64,000 nucleotides of DNA from Perkinsela sp. CCAP 1560/9. Its lineage: Eukaryota; Protista; Euglenozoa: Kinetoplastea. This document shows positions 9,307 through 22,899 of the stretch, in pieces (positions within the stretch are counted from its first letter, which is position 1; each line of letters starts with the position of its first letter). Under the pieces are notes generated by a model, which ran no database searches, was not told where the DNA came from, and saw only the letters and a list, made by a program, of their open reading frames with translations. The DNA lies in assembly GCA_965644495.1 (NCBI GenBank), contig CBFFSA010000001.1, forward strand, positions 1,488,001-1,552,000, written 5' to 3'. The position numbers and the translations under genes were made by a program.

Positions 9307-11604
9307 TCAAGCTTTCATAGAACCGAGCCATGAAGCTCGCGGTAGGAGGTCACGGAGCTGTGAGACAATTGTATAAGCGTTGAGTTTTTCAATCTCAAGC
9401 TGAAATGCCTCACGAACTTCAGGAACGTTAAGGTTCGCTCTCTTAGCGAGGGAGGCTATGAGATTCCGTGTGTGTTCGTGCAAAGAACCACTTTCGGTCA
9501 TTGCAATGCACTTAAAGTAATCTTCTTCGATCCCGCCGGATTCAAAGTACTTTTTCCTTTTCCTCTCAATCGCATTTTGCAACAGCTGTGTTTCAGTCAT
9601 CTTCCGATAGCTTAAGCTTCCGGTGTGAACTACGGTGATGTCATACAGTACTTCGCCCATGTGTGGCCACATAATACCGAGGTCGGGGCCAGAGCGTATT
9701 CTTCGGGCACGGCAAGGGTGCTTCTCAATCGATTCTGGAGAAATGTGCGCTTTGCATTTTGTGCAGTAAAAGGAAGCATGCATGCGCGGTTCAATTACAG
9801 AGGGGAGGCCCGCTTTAGAGCACAGATCTGCTAGGAACCGTACAAGAGATGAATGCTTTCTTGTTGCGTTCATTCCTGCGCATTTTGTGCATCCGATTAT
9901 ATGTTGGAAGATTTCGTCCGATCTCATCTCAGCAGCACAACCCGGGCACTCGGCTCTTTCCGGCATCGAAGGAAGCTTGATTCCCAACCTGGTCATAATG
10001 GTATATCGGAAAAGGTAGGGATTCACATATCCGCTAGTGGATTGTAGGTGGCGAAATGACGTCGTGGTTCGCTTCAGAATGGAGTCCAATCGTGGGTCTT
10101 TGCGTAGGTCTGTTGCTAGATCTTTTTGTTCTTTTTTTATGGCTTTGGATGCATGTACTCGAGCTGTTTGCTGCATGGGTTTCGTGTCTCTGTTTTGATC
10201 TTTCGACATGCGAATACCTACCGGAGCTTTAGGGGTAATTAGTTGCTCATCAATAGATTTTCGTGCGGTGTCAAAATAGTATCGCTGCTTCAGAGTAGAA
10301 GGAGTTAGCCCAAGGCCACCCAAGTGTTGCGGTAGTGACGCTAGTTGAATGGAAGTGTCATCTGCGAAGAACCAATATTTTACAATATGAGCAATTTCTG
10401 TGTCAAATCTTTGTGCCATATCCAGGGATTCTGCCGGTCGGTGAACTCGAAGGTGATAATCGTTTCGCGGGAGTGCACATCGTTGCAGCATGGCGAGGGA
10501 GATGTTGCTAGGACCCATTTTTCGTAGCCTGCGGAATAAACATTGATGTTTCTCAAGTTTTCGGACGAGAAGAGCACTTATCTCTGCACGTTGCCCAATG
10601 TAGGCGCCGAGAATTTTGATAGTTTTGTCACACTTGGATACCCCTAAAGAACTGAGAGCCAATGATTGTTCGTTGTTTTGCTTAGTAGCTTCGTGATCAA
10701 ACCATTCTGATTTCGAGAAGTTGATATTGAGGCCAATGTCGGATGATAATTCACGCAGCTGCAGGAAGGCTGCTTCTAGGGAAAGACGGTTTTTCGACGA
10801 CATCGTCACATCATCCATATAGGCGCGGATTTTAACCTCGGGGAATAACTCGGCGAGTTCCACCAACGCTCCTTGTAGTAGTGCACAAAAGTAAAGAGAG
10901 GAAAGCGCAGAGCCTTGCCGTACCCCGGACGTGCTCTTTATCGTAGTGTGGAGGCGGTTGTTCGCAAAGAAAAGCAAGTCCGAGGGGTCGCCGTATTCGC
11001 AGTAGAACATCCGCATAAATGGTTTGAAAGCGCTGTTTTGCTGCAGTGCCCGTGCAATGGCCGCTCTTTGTGGAGTGTTATACGCGTTCGAGTAGTCTAC
11101 TGTCAGGATAGTGTGTCCGGAATCGCGGTCCTTGAGGAGTTCGTGAACAATGCTTTCGCACGCGTTTTTCTGTAGGACTCCACGTTGGATGGGATAGAAG
11201 AAGCCTTTTAGAGATGCCTCTTGGCGTTGCAACAGAATGGAACCGCATATTTTTAGCACTGTATCACCCATCGCGATTGGTCGTATGCCGTTTTGTGGTT
11301 TCGCAAGGGCAATAATTCTACATCGAGTTAATCTGTTGCGTACCGATGCGCATACATCACCATTGATGACGTCCCTGAGCATGTGACATAGCGCGGTACA
11401 GGATTCGTTGTCGTCGGCTAATAGGCGGAGGATATTCTCACCGAGGCCTGTCGGCCCCGGGGCCGCTCCATGGGCAAGCTTGGTTATAGCCATCCGGACT
11501 TCTTCCAACTCAACCACACCGGCTGGCGGATATTCCGAAGTAGGTGCAGGGGGCGGGTCGCCAGGAGGGTGTAATTCTTTCAGCCGTCGTACCTTGTCGT
11601 CCAA
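9307..11604 (-). CDS. Duplicate of the 765-aa subfamily I RT-RLE ORF
   Basis: Identical except for D->H and Q->K substitutions. Confidence 0.93.
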   Translation of the reverse strand: MDDKVRRLKELHPPGDPPPAPTSEYPPAGVVELEEVRMAITKLAHGAAPGPTGLGENILRLLADDNESCTALCHMLRDVINGDVCASVRNRLTRCRIIALAKPQNGIRPIAMGDTVLKICGSILLQRQEASLKGFFYPIQRGVLQKNACESIVHELLKDRDSGHTILTVDYSNAYNTPQRAAIARALQQNSAFKPFMRMFYCEYGDPSDLLFFANNRLHTTIKSTSGVRQGSALSSLYFCALLQGALVELAELFPEVKIRAYMDDVTMSSKNRLSLEAAFLQLRELSSDIGLNINFSKSEWFDHEATKQNNEQSLALSSLGVSKCDKTIKILGAYIGQRAEISALLVRKLEKHQCLFRRLRKMGPSNISLAMLQRCALPRNDYHLRVHRPAESLDMAQRFDTEIAHIVKYWFFADDTSIQLASLPQHLGGLGLTPSTLKQRYYFDTARKSIDEQLITPKAPVGIRMSKDQNRDTKPMQQTARVHASKAIKKEQKDLATDLRKDPRLDSILKRTTTSFRHLQSTSGYVNPYLFRYTIMTRLGIKLPSMPERAECPGCAAEMRSDEIFQHIIGCTKCAGMNATRKHSSLVRFLADLCSKAGLPSVIEPRMHASFYCTKCKAHISPESIEKHPCRARRIRSGPDLGIMWPHMGEVLYDITVVHTGSLSYRKMTETQLLQNAIERKRKKYFESGGIEEDYFKCIAMTESGSLHEHTRNLIASLAKRANLNVPEVREAFQLEIEKLNAYTIVSQLRDLLPRASWLGSMKA

Positions 11605-14600
11605 ACTTAGTGAGGAGTCGAGATAGACGTTGTCCAGAACCCTGGTTGCTTTGCCAAGATTCCCTGCGCGAGCTGCCTTTAGAGCGTTCCGGATTTAGAG
11701 CGTTCCCGGATGCGTCCAATGTACAGGGCTTAATGCCACAGTGAAGCACAATCGGCTGGTTAAGTATATCTTCGATTTGGCGCAAAAGGCCGGTATACAA
11801 TGTGAGAAAGAACCGCGATCTTTTTCGACTTGGCAATGCGGAATTTGCAAGAATAAAGTGTTTCCAAGCAACAAAATGATTCATGACAAAACATGTGCCG
11901 GACGTCAGCTGTTTCGCTCAGGGCCTGATTTGGTGATATATATAAACGTCGTATGCCCGGGATGCTGTGGTCCAGAAACATCTTCTAGTATTATTCCACA
12001 TATCGCAGGATGCTCGAGATGCTCAGGTATGAACTGCACTCGTAAACACTCTCACATCGTGCGCTATCTAGCTGACTTGTGCGCGAAGGCAGGACTTCCG
12101 TGTGTTATCGAACCGCGAATTCACTCCTCATTTTATTGTACAAAGTGTAAATGCTCTATTTCTGCGGAGGTTTCTGACCAACATCCATGTAAGGCGCGCA
12201 GGATTCGATCTGGCCCCGACCTCGCTATCATGTGGCCCCATATGGGAGAAGTCCTCTATGATTTCACAGTGGTTCACACTTGCTGCAACAGTTACAAGAA
12301 ACAAACAAGCAACTACCTACTGCAGCAAGCCCAGGAAAGGAAGTTCAAGAAATATGTGACAGAGAAAGGTGTGGACAGTGAGGCATTTCGTTGCATCGCC
12401 GCCTCAGATTGTGGTGTGTTGCACAACGACACAAAACAACTATTAAAGGCGTTGGCTCAGCGCGCGAATCGAAAATATGAAAACGTGCGTGAGGCTTTTC
12501 AGCTGGAACTTGAAAAGCTATCGGCTTACACGGTAGTGTCTCAACTCCGAGATTACATCACCGATGAAAAGTGGATTGGGAGTTTACGACTCTAAAAGAG
12601 TTCACTACCACACGTATATCTCCGTACAAATAAGTATTGATTAGTTGCCTTCGAATATATTAGGTCCTTTCGAATATATTAGATACTGCTACTTCTGCAT
12701 TGATTCTTCATCACGTTTGACAACAATTGGCGCGTATACAATAATTGATCCGGGAACTGTTCTTTTTTACTTTGAGGCTTTGCTGGTTTCGAGGGGACAA
12801 GTGTCATCAAAAAATGATATATTGGTCAACCGGGGAAATATTTTATGATCTAACTGTGGTGCACGAGCTATCGAACTCCAATCAAGCGAAATCTTGTTCC
12901 CAGCTTCTTACAGATGCAATCAAGCGGAAACGGGATACATATGTGACATCCGGAAAAATTCCCGACTTCGCATTTCAGTGCATCCCAGTGCTGTCCTGCG
13001 GCTCTCTTCATCAAAATACGAGATCTCTGTTGCATGTCCTATCCGACGCGGCACTCTTAAATCGTCGAGCAACTGAAATGGAGTTCAAGCTCCTACTTCA
13101 GGAACTGAATGGGACGGAAGTGTACGCCCAGTTGCGGAACCACTTATCCCCGCAAGGCAGCAGCAGGTACAGCATTTGAGCCAAATGTATCAACATAGTT
13201 TCGTTTCTCAATGCCTATTAATGTATTATTATATACATAATATCTATAGCGAATTCCCACTCAAAAATATATAAAAAGAATAAAAATTGCAAAGGAAGGC
13301 AATATTATCACTGCTTGCACTGATTCTTGAGGAGTTTCGTAAAAAAAAAAAAAAAAAAAATCTAAACTTTAACGATAAGATACATCTTTAACGATAAAGA
13401 TACAGTTTCTGTACCTTGTTGAATTATTTCCCCTTTTCTTCCATACACCATCTTCCAGACCATGGGAGGGCACCCCCCTCAAATACACTCCTTTTTGTCG
13501 GCATCCCCCTTCCCCGTCTCGTCCCATCACCCCCCTGCGCCGCATCCCCCCACCTCACCCTCCCTCCGCAGTGCGCTTGCCCCCCTGTTGTGTTTCTCTC
13601 TCGCGTCCCCCACCCCCGTGTCAGCAGCCAAAAGTATACAATACTTGCTCACGGGGTGGGGGCAGAGTTCCTGGCAGATGGGCCCGTGCTTCGCCTCCTC
13701 TCGCCCCTGCGTCAGTCGCCCCGTGTCTCTCTCCGCGCTCTTCTCCCTCGGCGTGACGACGTCTTTGTGTTTCGTGGCCTCCACGTCTCCCACCCTCGTA
13801 CGGCAACCAAAAGTATTTATTACTGCTAACGGGGTGGGAGCGGAGGTGCAGGACCATATGGGCCTGGGTGCATGCGGATCGGTGAGTGGGGTAGGGAGTG
13901 AGGGAAGGGAAGTACGAGAGGGCTAAGAGGAGTAGGTGTGGAAAGTATGGGGAGTAAGGGAAAGTGAAGGGCCGTAAGTGTGGAAATTGTGGAAAAGTTG
14001 GACTCCATACATAAAAAGTTAGACTCAATACTATTCCCCCCAATTATTTGCAAAAAAAAAAAATCTAAAGGAACGAATCTTATTATTTTCATTAATAGAT
14101 CTTGTGAAGGTAATCGAATTATTGATTGAGCGCCGGTCAATTTCGAGTTCCTTCTGTTCTTCTTCGGTCAGATTGTCCACTGCTTCGGGTTTCGCGTTCT
14201 TTGGTAAGTGTGGTACACTTTCGCGTCGACGTATAGCTTTCCGGACTGTGAGTAGCGAATCGCGGGGCGCGTTCAGAAATTTATGCCAGACTGCTTCCTT
14301 CTCCGATGTCAGTTCTAGTCTTGGATAGTCTTTGATGATGGAACGAAAAATGGTAACTACGTGCACAGAGAAAGCCGAGTCAATTTGTGCGAAAGGCGGT
14401 AGCGGTTCTAAATCAACTCCGTGGTCAACTTCTTCAGCATCACCTGCTGCACTCTCCATGGTTTGAGGTTCGTACCTAGGGACTCGGTGGAGTTTCATGG
14501 CGTCAATGCTGAGGATCCTGATCAATGATGCTTGGATCCTGATCCTTGTTGTTGTTGTTGTTTTTTTTTTTTTTAGTCTTACTGATGGGAATGTTCACCC

Positions 14601-16134
14601 GCAGCCGGGCGAAAGAAACGGGATTAGCTCCCGTTGTCCAACCGCTACCGCCCACACGCCGAAAGAAAAAGCCGGAGGAACAACCATCGGAAACCCGTGC
14701 CCCCCCACCACCGTCGTCGCCGCCGCCGCCACAACAACAACAGCCACCCCATTCAGCACCACGAAAGACACCCTCACAACGAACTTCTCCTCCGCCGCTG
14801 CCGCGATTGCCTTCTCTGCTGCGCACGCCGTCCGACACATCGCCGCGGGCGCAGATAACAACTCCGCCACTGCCTCGCCCACTCTCCCCCAATTTAGCTC
14901 ACGAGGCATACGCGGCGGTAAATTCGTCACGATCGTCCTCAGTTCCTCGGCCGCACGAGCCGATCCACACAGCGACGCGGGCTCAGCCGTCCCGTCCACC
15001 ATTGCCGCGTCCACTCTCTCCCCCTCCCGCCCACAATTCTATCGCGCCAGCGAATCCGCATCCATCGCCCGAAAGCCAAAAAAGTAGCAGTCTGAAAATT
15101 AAAATCACATCAACTCGAGATCTAATCATACCACCGGTTACAAACCCTGCTTCTCACGCATTGGGATTGCACATCCGAGCCTCCCCTCCAATTTACAGTG
15201 TCCAGGGTGCCATGCATTACTTACCCCCCGTACAGCGCTCACGCACGTGTCCGGGTGCGTCAAATGTTCAGGCAATAACGCAACGGCAAAGCACAACAGG
15301 ATGGTTCGGAATATTTATGAATTATGCATAAAATCAGGTCTGCCCTGTGAGCTGGAACCCAGACAGTTCTCCACCTATACTTGCGCAAAATGTGGAGCAA
15401 GCGTGGATGGCGACGGCAAATCCCATCACCTAAGAACCTGCGGATCCGGATCTTTTTATCATTCGGGCCCAGATATCGTGATTCATTGGGCAAGCGGAGA
15501 TGTATACTACGATTTCACCATCGTCCACGAGCTATCGCAATCAAATGTTGGACGTAGCACCGCTCAGCTTTTCCGTGATGCCATAAAACGCAAAGTCTCC
15601 AAATACGTGGCGTCTAAGCTTATTCCTAATGAGCAATTCCAATGTGTACCAATGCTCTCCGGCGGTGCAATGCACAGCAACACCAAAGCGCTTATCACAA
15701 CCCTGGCTGATGCATGTGGACTCGAACGGGACTTCGTAGTACAGGATTTCACCCTTCGACTACAGGAACTTAACGGTTCAGTGGTGATGTCCCAACTCCG
15801 CAAATACATAGCCACAACTCAAGTGGACAATACGGCTTTTTAGGCACGTGCGAGTTTTTCGGTAGGCGTTGACTATTGATATAAGAGTTGAAGTTTAGAC
15901 GACTGAAAGTCTATGAAAAGAAACTGAGATGAATGTTCACAGACAGTGACACTAAACAAAATTTTATAAAGAACACACTTTTTATAAAGAACACACTTTT
16001 TATAAAGAACACACTTTTTATAAAGGACCAGAACCAATCCAAGGCAAAACGATTCATGTTGCAATATGTTGCATGTCCCGCTATAACCGAAGTGACGGTT
16101 TGTAAAAAAAAAACTTCTCACTAAAGGAATTCAA

Positions 16135-17556
16135 CTCAATAACGAAAAATGCATCTGGTTTGAAGGGAAAAGCGACGCCCCCATTCCATCAACACTCAAA
16201 GAAGAAGGTGTGCGTACAGAGAGCGAAGTCATTAAAGTACTGGGTGCATTCGTTGGGGAGGAACAGCGCATAGGATCCGAATTAATCCGAACGCTGGAAA
16301 AACACCATACGATATTCAGACGTCTTAAAAAGATGGGTGCCAACAACGCGTCCCTGCTTTTGCTATCGCGCAGCGTAAACGTTCGGCACCGTTATCACGT
16401 ACGGGTACATAAACCAGAGGCCTCACTTGAGCTAGCGCAAAAATTTGACTACGAGATCAAGAATGTCGTCACATCGTGGTTGGGACCTCTGAGTCCAGAG
16501 CAAGAAATGATAGCAAGACTACCTTTAAAGAAAGGTGGATTGGGTATTCCAGCAACAGAACCCTTGCGGAACGCTGCGTACACTTCATCGCGACATGCCG
16601 TTTTTGAGCATCAAAAATCCTTTTCAGCTCGGATGGCACAGCGCATGGAACCGCCAGCACCTGCAGGGACGTTGGAGGAATCACATAAGACACCTGAGGA
16701 CGAGGTGGTGACGGAGACCAAAAGAGCCACAGAAATCCAGACAAATCTTCTCAAAAACAAGGAGTGGGCTCCGACGATTAAAGCTTGCAGCAAGAAAGGG
16801 AGCTATGAATGGCTTATCGGGAATCGCAAAATCATTCCTTCGCACATCTACACGCTAAACATCATGTCACGACTAAAAATAAGCCACCCACAACTGCCAA
16901 ACTCGTTGCTATGCCCGGGATGCAAAAAGCTGCTAAGCTCCTCGGAAGCGCTAACCCACATACCTGGATGCGTCAAATGTGCAGGACACAATGTAACTAC
17001 GAAGCATCATGCCCTTGTTCGCTACCTTTACGAGCTATGCCTCCGAGCTGGCTTGCCGTGTGAACGTGAACCTCGTCAGTTCAGTTACTATGAGTGCTCT
17101 GCGTGCGCAGCCACGATCCACCCTGAAAACAAAACGGAACATGCCAGGACATGTGTTGGAAGTACTCTGCGTCGCACGGGCCCCGACCTCGCAATTCAAT
17201 GGGCTTCAGGAGAGAAATACTACGACCTCACAGTAGTTCACGAACTGGCTCCCTCGAATATCAAACACAATACGACATTCCTCATGAACGAAGCGATAAA
17301 GCGCAAGCGTGTACGCTATGTTGACAGTGGCATGATAAACAAGGAATGCTTTGAATGTATCCCTGTTCTGTCCTGCGGTTCCATGCACAACGCCACTCGA
17401 AATCTCCTGTGGGCTATTGCGGACCGTTGCGGGCTAGAGAGACACAGCGTAATGGAAACATTTACGCTACTCCACCAGGAACAGGCAGGAAGTATCCTCC
17501 ACGCTCAACTCCGCCAGTTTCTAGCTCACGACCAATACACTGAGACAAGTTTTTAA
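16135..17556 (+). pseudogene. Subfamily II CRE 3' half (RT thumb to RLE), ORF 16210-17556
   Basis: KCIWF..KVLGAFVG..LPLKKGGLGI..CPGC..GPDLAIQW..YYDLTV..KRKRVRY. Confidence 0.9.
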
Positions 17557-20373
17557 GCTTGTCATCTCAAATACTTCTTAAGAAAAGAAAGGGATATTAG
17601 TTTATTAGAATGTGAACATTTGATAGTAATCGGCGCGTATATAATATATGCGCTCCACGGGCTTTTGTTAAGACCTTTGTTTTTGTTAAGACGGGCCACC
17701 GTCACCTCGAGACACAGTTCATGAGATTTATGAGAAACCCTGTTTGAGCGACACAATTCTAATCAAAAGGCGGAGTGGAAAGATGCCAGAGCCAACCCAA
17801 AATCAGGCTCAAGCATTAATCAATCAAATGGCGGACACTCAATTATCTCCTAATATCAAACAAAATCAAACATACGCAGAACAAGCGCGAAAGGTAATTT
17901 CGAAAACGCCTGCGAACCAAACTGAGGAGCACGAGGAGACACTCGATGAACTTATAGCCCGACCTCTGAACCCAACTGCAAAAATTATGACTGAATGCCC
18001 AGTTGAATATCGGCGCAGACGCAGAGAAGAGAGGCGAGAATGCCACCGACGTATAGCGCTTGCGATGAGCACACGCACGCCATCCTCAGCTGAAATGACA
18101 GACGGAGAAACAATAACGATACCGTCGACTCTTTCGCACCACACTCGCACAGCACAACATGAGCTTTCAACGGTTCAAGCAGGAAACCAACAGGTCGAAG
18201 CGCATGCCATCCAAGAAAACGTACGCCCCTCTGCTGTTACACAATCGGCCTCCGAAAACATGCATCCTCCTCCTTTTATTCCACCAACTATCGATGAACT
18301 TAACCCTACAAACGATGGAGACTGTTCAGACAACCCGGCGGCCTTTCATGACTGTGAATCACCTCCCTCCGGCAAAAGAACACAACACCAGACAACATCA
18401 GAACAGGATAACACCAATCAAGTCGTAACAGAAATGCTGGAAACTATCAATCCACAACTGCATTTTCCGCAAACATTTGATGCTATTCTAGGAACGATGA
18501 AATCAGCCAAGACGGGAAATATCTGCATGGTTGCCTGGAGCTTTCAGAACCAAACTTCGCTAAATGTATCCGAAGGCACAGTCATTGGAGTACGATCCCG
18601 TGGAGGATGCAAGAAAAGCACGCTGCAGTACATTGGCATTGCTGGACACAAGCAGGGACACACGTTTCAAGGTTTCTTACCGCCACAAGCAAATGTTAGA
18701 GTCTACATGATACGATGGAAGATATCGCAAGACCGCAACACTTCCGAAAGTCCAATCGGATATCCAAACGAGCCCCATCAAGAGGCAAGCCTCGCATCGA
18801 ATGAAAATTCACGCAATCAATGGACAGAGCAAGACACCGACCATCTTCCCATTCCGACCTGCCGAACCATATCGGCAGAATTTGCGCCGAGGGTGGTTGC
18901 AGTGTATCGTGAAATAATCAGAATGTATCAACAAAGCGATTATCTTGAAAGAAACAGAATCTGGCATCGTGCATTGTCGGCTATGAAATTCTCTTTGGCT
19001 GAGGCGCGAAAGAGCTACGTCAGAAAACGGCGCCGCAAACCTATAATTACCGGACATGAGGCAATAGAAGACGAACAGTTAGCTGGCGACTTACGTGCTA
19101 TAAAACGAGCCACTCGATTAGCCCTTGAGGGAAGCGTGACGAGGGCCGCCAAGATAATGGGCCAAAGCTTTAAGCGGAGCAAATTGACTGACAAAGAGAC
19201 ACTAGAAAAACTTTTAGCTTTACATCCCCAGCATCCTTGCGCTTTCCCACTGCCAACTGATGCCCCTGTCATTGCAGGGATAAATGCCGAAGAGCTTAGA
19301 AGCGCCGGACGACGATTGGCGAGAGGAGCTAACCCAGGCCCGACTGGTACCACAGACATAGTAGTACGATTGCTACTAGATGACGAAATCTGCTGCAACA
19401 GTCTTGTCATCATGGTGGAAGACCTTGTCAACGGTTTCTTGAATGATGGAGTTATGAATCGACTAAATCGATCACGCCTCGTCGCAATTAGCAAATCAGA
19501 AACAGAAGTCAGACCGGTAGCAATGGGTGAAGTGATCACAAAGCTTGCAGGAATAACTCTCCTACAGCGGTATGAAAACACGCTAGCGCCATTATTTGAA
19601 CCCATACAGCATGGGGTACTCTCCCGTGCTGGGTGCGAAAAGATTGTGCACACACTGCATAACAAGTACGAAAAAGGACAGTGCATTCTTTCGCTCGATC
19701 TCAAGAACGCCTTTAACACCCCATCCAGAATTGACATCGCAAAAGCCGTGTTTGCCTTTTCAGCGATGAGACCTTTCCAACGCCTCTTTCATGCTGAGTA
19801 CTCCAGGGAATCTGAACTGTTGTATTACGGAACAGATGGGCAGCTTGCGGGAGTAGTACCGAGCACAGCTGGAGTGCGACAGGGCTCACCGTTGGCTACC
19901 CTTTACTTCTGTACTCTTATGCAACAAATCTTGGAGACAATGTCAATGGAATTCCCGGAAGTCAAAATTTTCGCGTACATTGACGATGTGAATCTGTGCT
20001 CTTCCAATAAAGCCCAACTCGAATCAGCATTTTTCCGTTTCAAAGAATTGATCGAGGATAAAAAGTTGGTTCTTTCCTCATCCAAATGTGTTTGGTTCGG
20101 GGGGGCATCTGGGGCACAGATACCTATAAAACTGGAACAGTGCGGAGTGAAGACAGAAGAAAAAGCGATCAAGATTCTTGGAGCGTACATAGGGACATAC
20201 ATTTTAATTTCGTCTGTTTTAGAAAATAGGATAAACTAAACTCTTCAATTCTTACAGAAGTGTAACTCATTAAATATTAGACTCATTCCATGTGCTATAC
20301 GTTCTTCTATTTTCTTCTAATGGGCAAACTAGATGAGGGCTAAGTATGGTTTGCTTTGAAAATACGGAATTCC

Positions 20374-22899
20374 CTACGGGCGCCGTAGGCTCTCAATATA
20401 AGTACCGATGGAGGGCAGTGGTGTCAAGTCTTCAGCGCTGGATTTTCTCGTGAAGGGATCTGCTATTTGGGCGTTGGTAGGTACCCACTTTACTTCCAGG
20501 TTAGTGTTTGATGGGATGTACTGCATCCACCTATTGGCAGTGAAGTTAGTGCTTGCCCGCCTCTGGAGGGCCATGGCCACAGGCGCGTTGTCGACGTTCA
20601 ATAGAATGTCCCGATGTCCTTTTCTGACTGCTGCCATAATTCCACCAAGAGCCGCACTCAGCTCTGAGTAGAATATATGGGCTCCGGGCTTTGTCATGCC
20701 CTGTTTTGCAGTTTCGAGAATGCCTTGATTGAACAACAGAATAGCCCATGCGATTGAACTGGCATCAGTCCAAACTTCCACCTTTTCTTCTTTGGGTATA
20801 TGACCTATCTTTTTTAACCAAACATTTCGCTTGAGTGCGGAAAATGCATCAGTCAGTTCGCCTAACAGGTGGTCGGTCGGAGAGAAGGAGATCTCCCAAG
20901 ACTTTTCGTCGTGCACTTTTCTGGCAACTTTTCCTAGTGTTTGAAGAAGGTGTGCAAAAGTGCATAGTGGGATTTTCATAACCGTGGCCCTCCACATTAG
21001 TAAACCAGAAAGCGTATACAGTTCCACAGCTGTCCACGTCCCATTCCCGATTATGTCATTGTATCTTGAATACGCCTTTTCAGTCCACTTTTCTGACATG
21101 CGGTACTTCTTATTTTTTAGATCAAATTCAATACCAAGTACGCACGCTTGCTGTAGTGGCTTCATGGTGAGATCATCTACTTCTAGTTGAACTGCGTGGA
21201 CTCGGGCGCGAAATTCTTTTGCATGGTTTTCTACTTCTGACTTGGATTTTCCGAACAAAAGAAAATTGTCTACCCAGGCCAATCCAATGTCCCGGACAAT
21301 GCGATTTGAAACTCGCCGTGCAATAGCCGGGGCCCATGACCATCCCATGGGCATGGAAGAAAATTGAATACTGCATGTTTCTCCTCTAGCGTGACCTAAA
21401 ACCGCTCCAAAGTAGGATCGGATCTCGGGAGCGAGGGAGAATTGGTAAAAGTAACTCCGTGCGTCCGCGTGAGCCATCCATTCCGAATCTAGCAGATTTT
21501 CAATCACGTTATGTATGGATGGTAGGTGCATTGCGGGGGGGCATTCGAAAACTCGGTTGAGTTTCCTACAATCGCAGATTAGACGAAGTGTGGAGTCTTT
21601 CTTCGGAACTGTAAAGGTACGATGTACTACTATCGGTCCTTCGGTCTTCTCTACAACCCCCATGCGTAATAAGTCTGGTAAATGATGTCTCATAAATCGA
21701 GACACTGGTCGATTGCCTTTAGGTGCACGCAGCATGTGCGCGTGAAAGGCGTTGACGTTCTGTAGTAGATGTAAAAAGTTTAGGCTGCCATCGTCATTCA
21801 TATTGTTCAGTATAGAATATGACAGTCTTGTGGTTGTGATAGGAGCTATTATTCCCTGATTTTTGTACGCTCGCACGCTCGGTGGTCGGGTGAGCTGCCC
21901 GCGAGACATAGACTGATTGTTTGTGTCTTCAATTTTCTTCGTTGCAATGTTAGCAATGTCCGTTGAATTATGCACGTAGATAGGTTCGGGATTCGGTTCG
22001 CCTATAATGTTATCGCTGTCTAGCGTGATCTTACCGATGTGCAAGGGGAACCTACCTTGTAATTGACGTTTTAGTATGTAAACCGCTGATTTAGTTTTCT
22101 TGTCATGTCCTTTGGTGTTTTCTGGGTTCACAGTAATTTTGTCGCGTCCTGTAGCCCTAGGGACAAGGCCACTTCCAGTCGAGGGAGATATATCCACAAT
22201 GTCTCCAGATCTTTGTGCTTGGCCAACAGCTGTATTACCGACAGTGGAACTCCCTCTCTGAGGAGTGATACTAGAGCCCCTCTTTTTACAGAATGTGCCG
22301 ACAACTCTACTTTCACCCGCTTCAGCACGGCATTGGCTCTCAGCGTCGATAAAGTCGTGAACTTGTCTTCTGGCTTCAGCTTGTCCAATTGGTCCATGAA
22401 GATTTTCCACTCCGTCAAGTTGCAAGTCATTGGAATAGCAGTCCCTACTCTGAAGGGATCCCCTTTGTGAGTCGGAAACGTTACTCCCAGTATTCTCCGC
22501 TCGAGATCTACCACTTGTAAATCTAATTTCCTCAGATGTTTGACATCGTCTATTCTGCTGCATGTCTTCCACGCCAAGGTCAGGCCCGCGGCTTCGTCCG
22601 GAAGCAGCCATTCGCACGCCTCCAATACTTGTTCGCGTGTAGCCGGGGGCGCCTGATGCTCCGGCATTTGAGCCCCTTGACGCTGAAGGGATCGCATATA
22701 GGCTGTTACTGTCGACTTTTGCAATTGACCCCCAGATCGGAATATGATTTGTATCAGACTCTTTGCATACGTATGTGCGGTTTGGATGCTGATGGTACCC
22801 CGTTGAGTTTGCGGATTGATTAGTCTCATTTTCGACTCCAAGAAGCATATTATGCACCAATCTTCGCTTGGAACGTCGTTTCCGAGATTTTCCTTCCAA
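20374..22899 (-). CDS. RT-RNase H of YR element A
   Basis: FTVPKKD..RLICDCRKLN, HADARSYFYQF, MPMGWSWAP, WVDNF; RNase H WTDAS..SEL..NVDN..IADPFTR. Confidence 0.92.
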   Translation of the reverse strand: MEGKSRKRRSKRRLVHNMLLGVENETNQSANSTGYHQHPNRTYVCKESDTNHIPIWGSIAKVDSNSLYAIPSASRGSNAGASGAPGYTRTSIGGVRMAASGRSRGPDLGVEDMQQNRRCQTSEEIRFTSGRSRAENTGSNVSDSQRGSLQSRDCYSNDLQLDGVENLHGPIGQAEARRQVHDFIDAESQCRAEAGESRVVGTFCKKRGSSITPQRGSSTVGNTAVGQAQRSGDIVDISPSTGSGLVPRATGRDKITVNPENTKGHDKKTKSAVYILKRQLQGRFPLHIGKITLDSDNIIGEPNPEPIYVHNSTDIANIATKKIEDTNNQSMSRGQLTRPPSVRAYKNQGIIAPITTTRLSYSILNNMNDDGSLNFLHLLQNVNAFHAHMLRAPKGNRPVSRFMRHHLPDLLRMGVVEKTEGPIVVHRTFTVPKKDSTLRLICDCRKLNRVFECPPAMHLPSIHNVIENLLDSEWMAHADARSYFYQFSLAPEIRSYFGAVLGHARGETCSIQFSSMPMGWSWAPAIARRVSNRIVRDIGLAWVDNFLLFGKSKSEVENHAKEFRARVHAVQLEVDDLTMKPLQQACVLGIEFDLKNKKYRMSEKWTEKAYSRYNDIIGNGTWTAVELYTLSGLLMWRATVMKIPLCTFAHLLQTLGKVARKVHDEKSWEISFSPTDHLLGELTDAFSALKRNVWLKKIGHIPKEEKVEVWTDASSIAWAILLFNQGILETAKQGMTKPGAHIFYSELSAALGGIMAAVRKGHRDILLNVDNAPVAMALQRRASTNFTANRWMQYIPSNTNLEVKWVPTNAQIADPFTRKSSAEDLTPLPSIGTYIESLRRP

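Larger units (their letters stand above)
692..16365. repeat. Tandem segmental duplication: unit 1 692-8556 (7865 bp), unit 2 8557-16365 (7809 bp); 651-691 looks like the remnant of a third unit
   Basis: The same ORF set recurs at offsets of about 7790-7865. The breakpoint 41-mer ttaaaaagatgggtgcc...cttttgcta occurs at 651-691, 8516-8556 and 16325-16365. Only a few SNPs and indels (-75, +2, -1, +18) separate the units. Confidence 0.97.
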
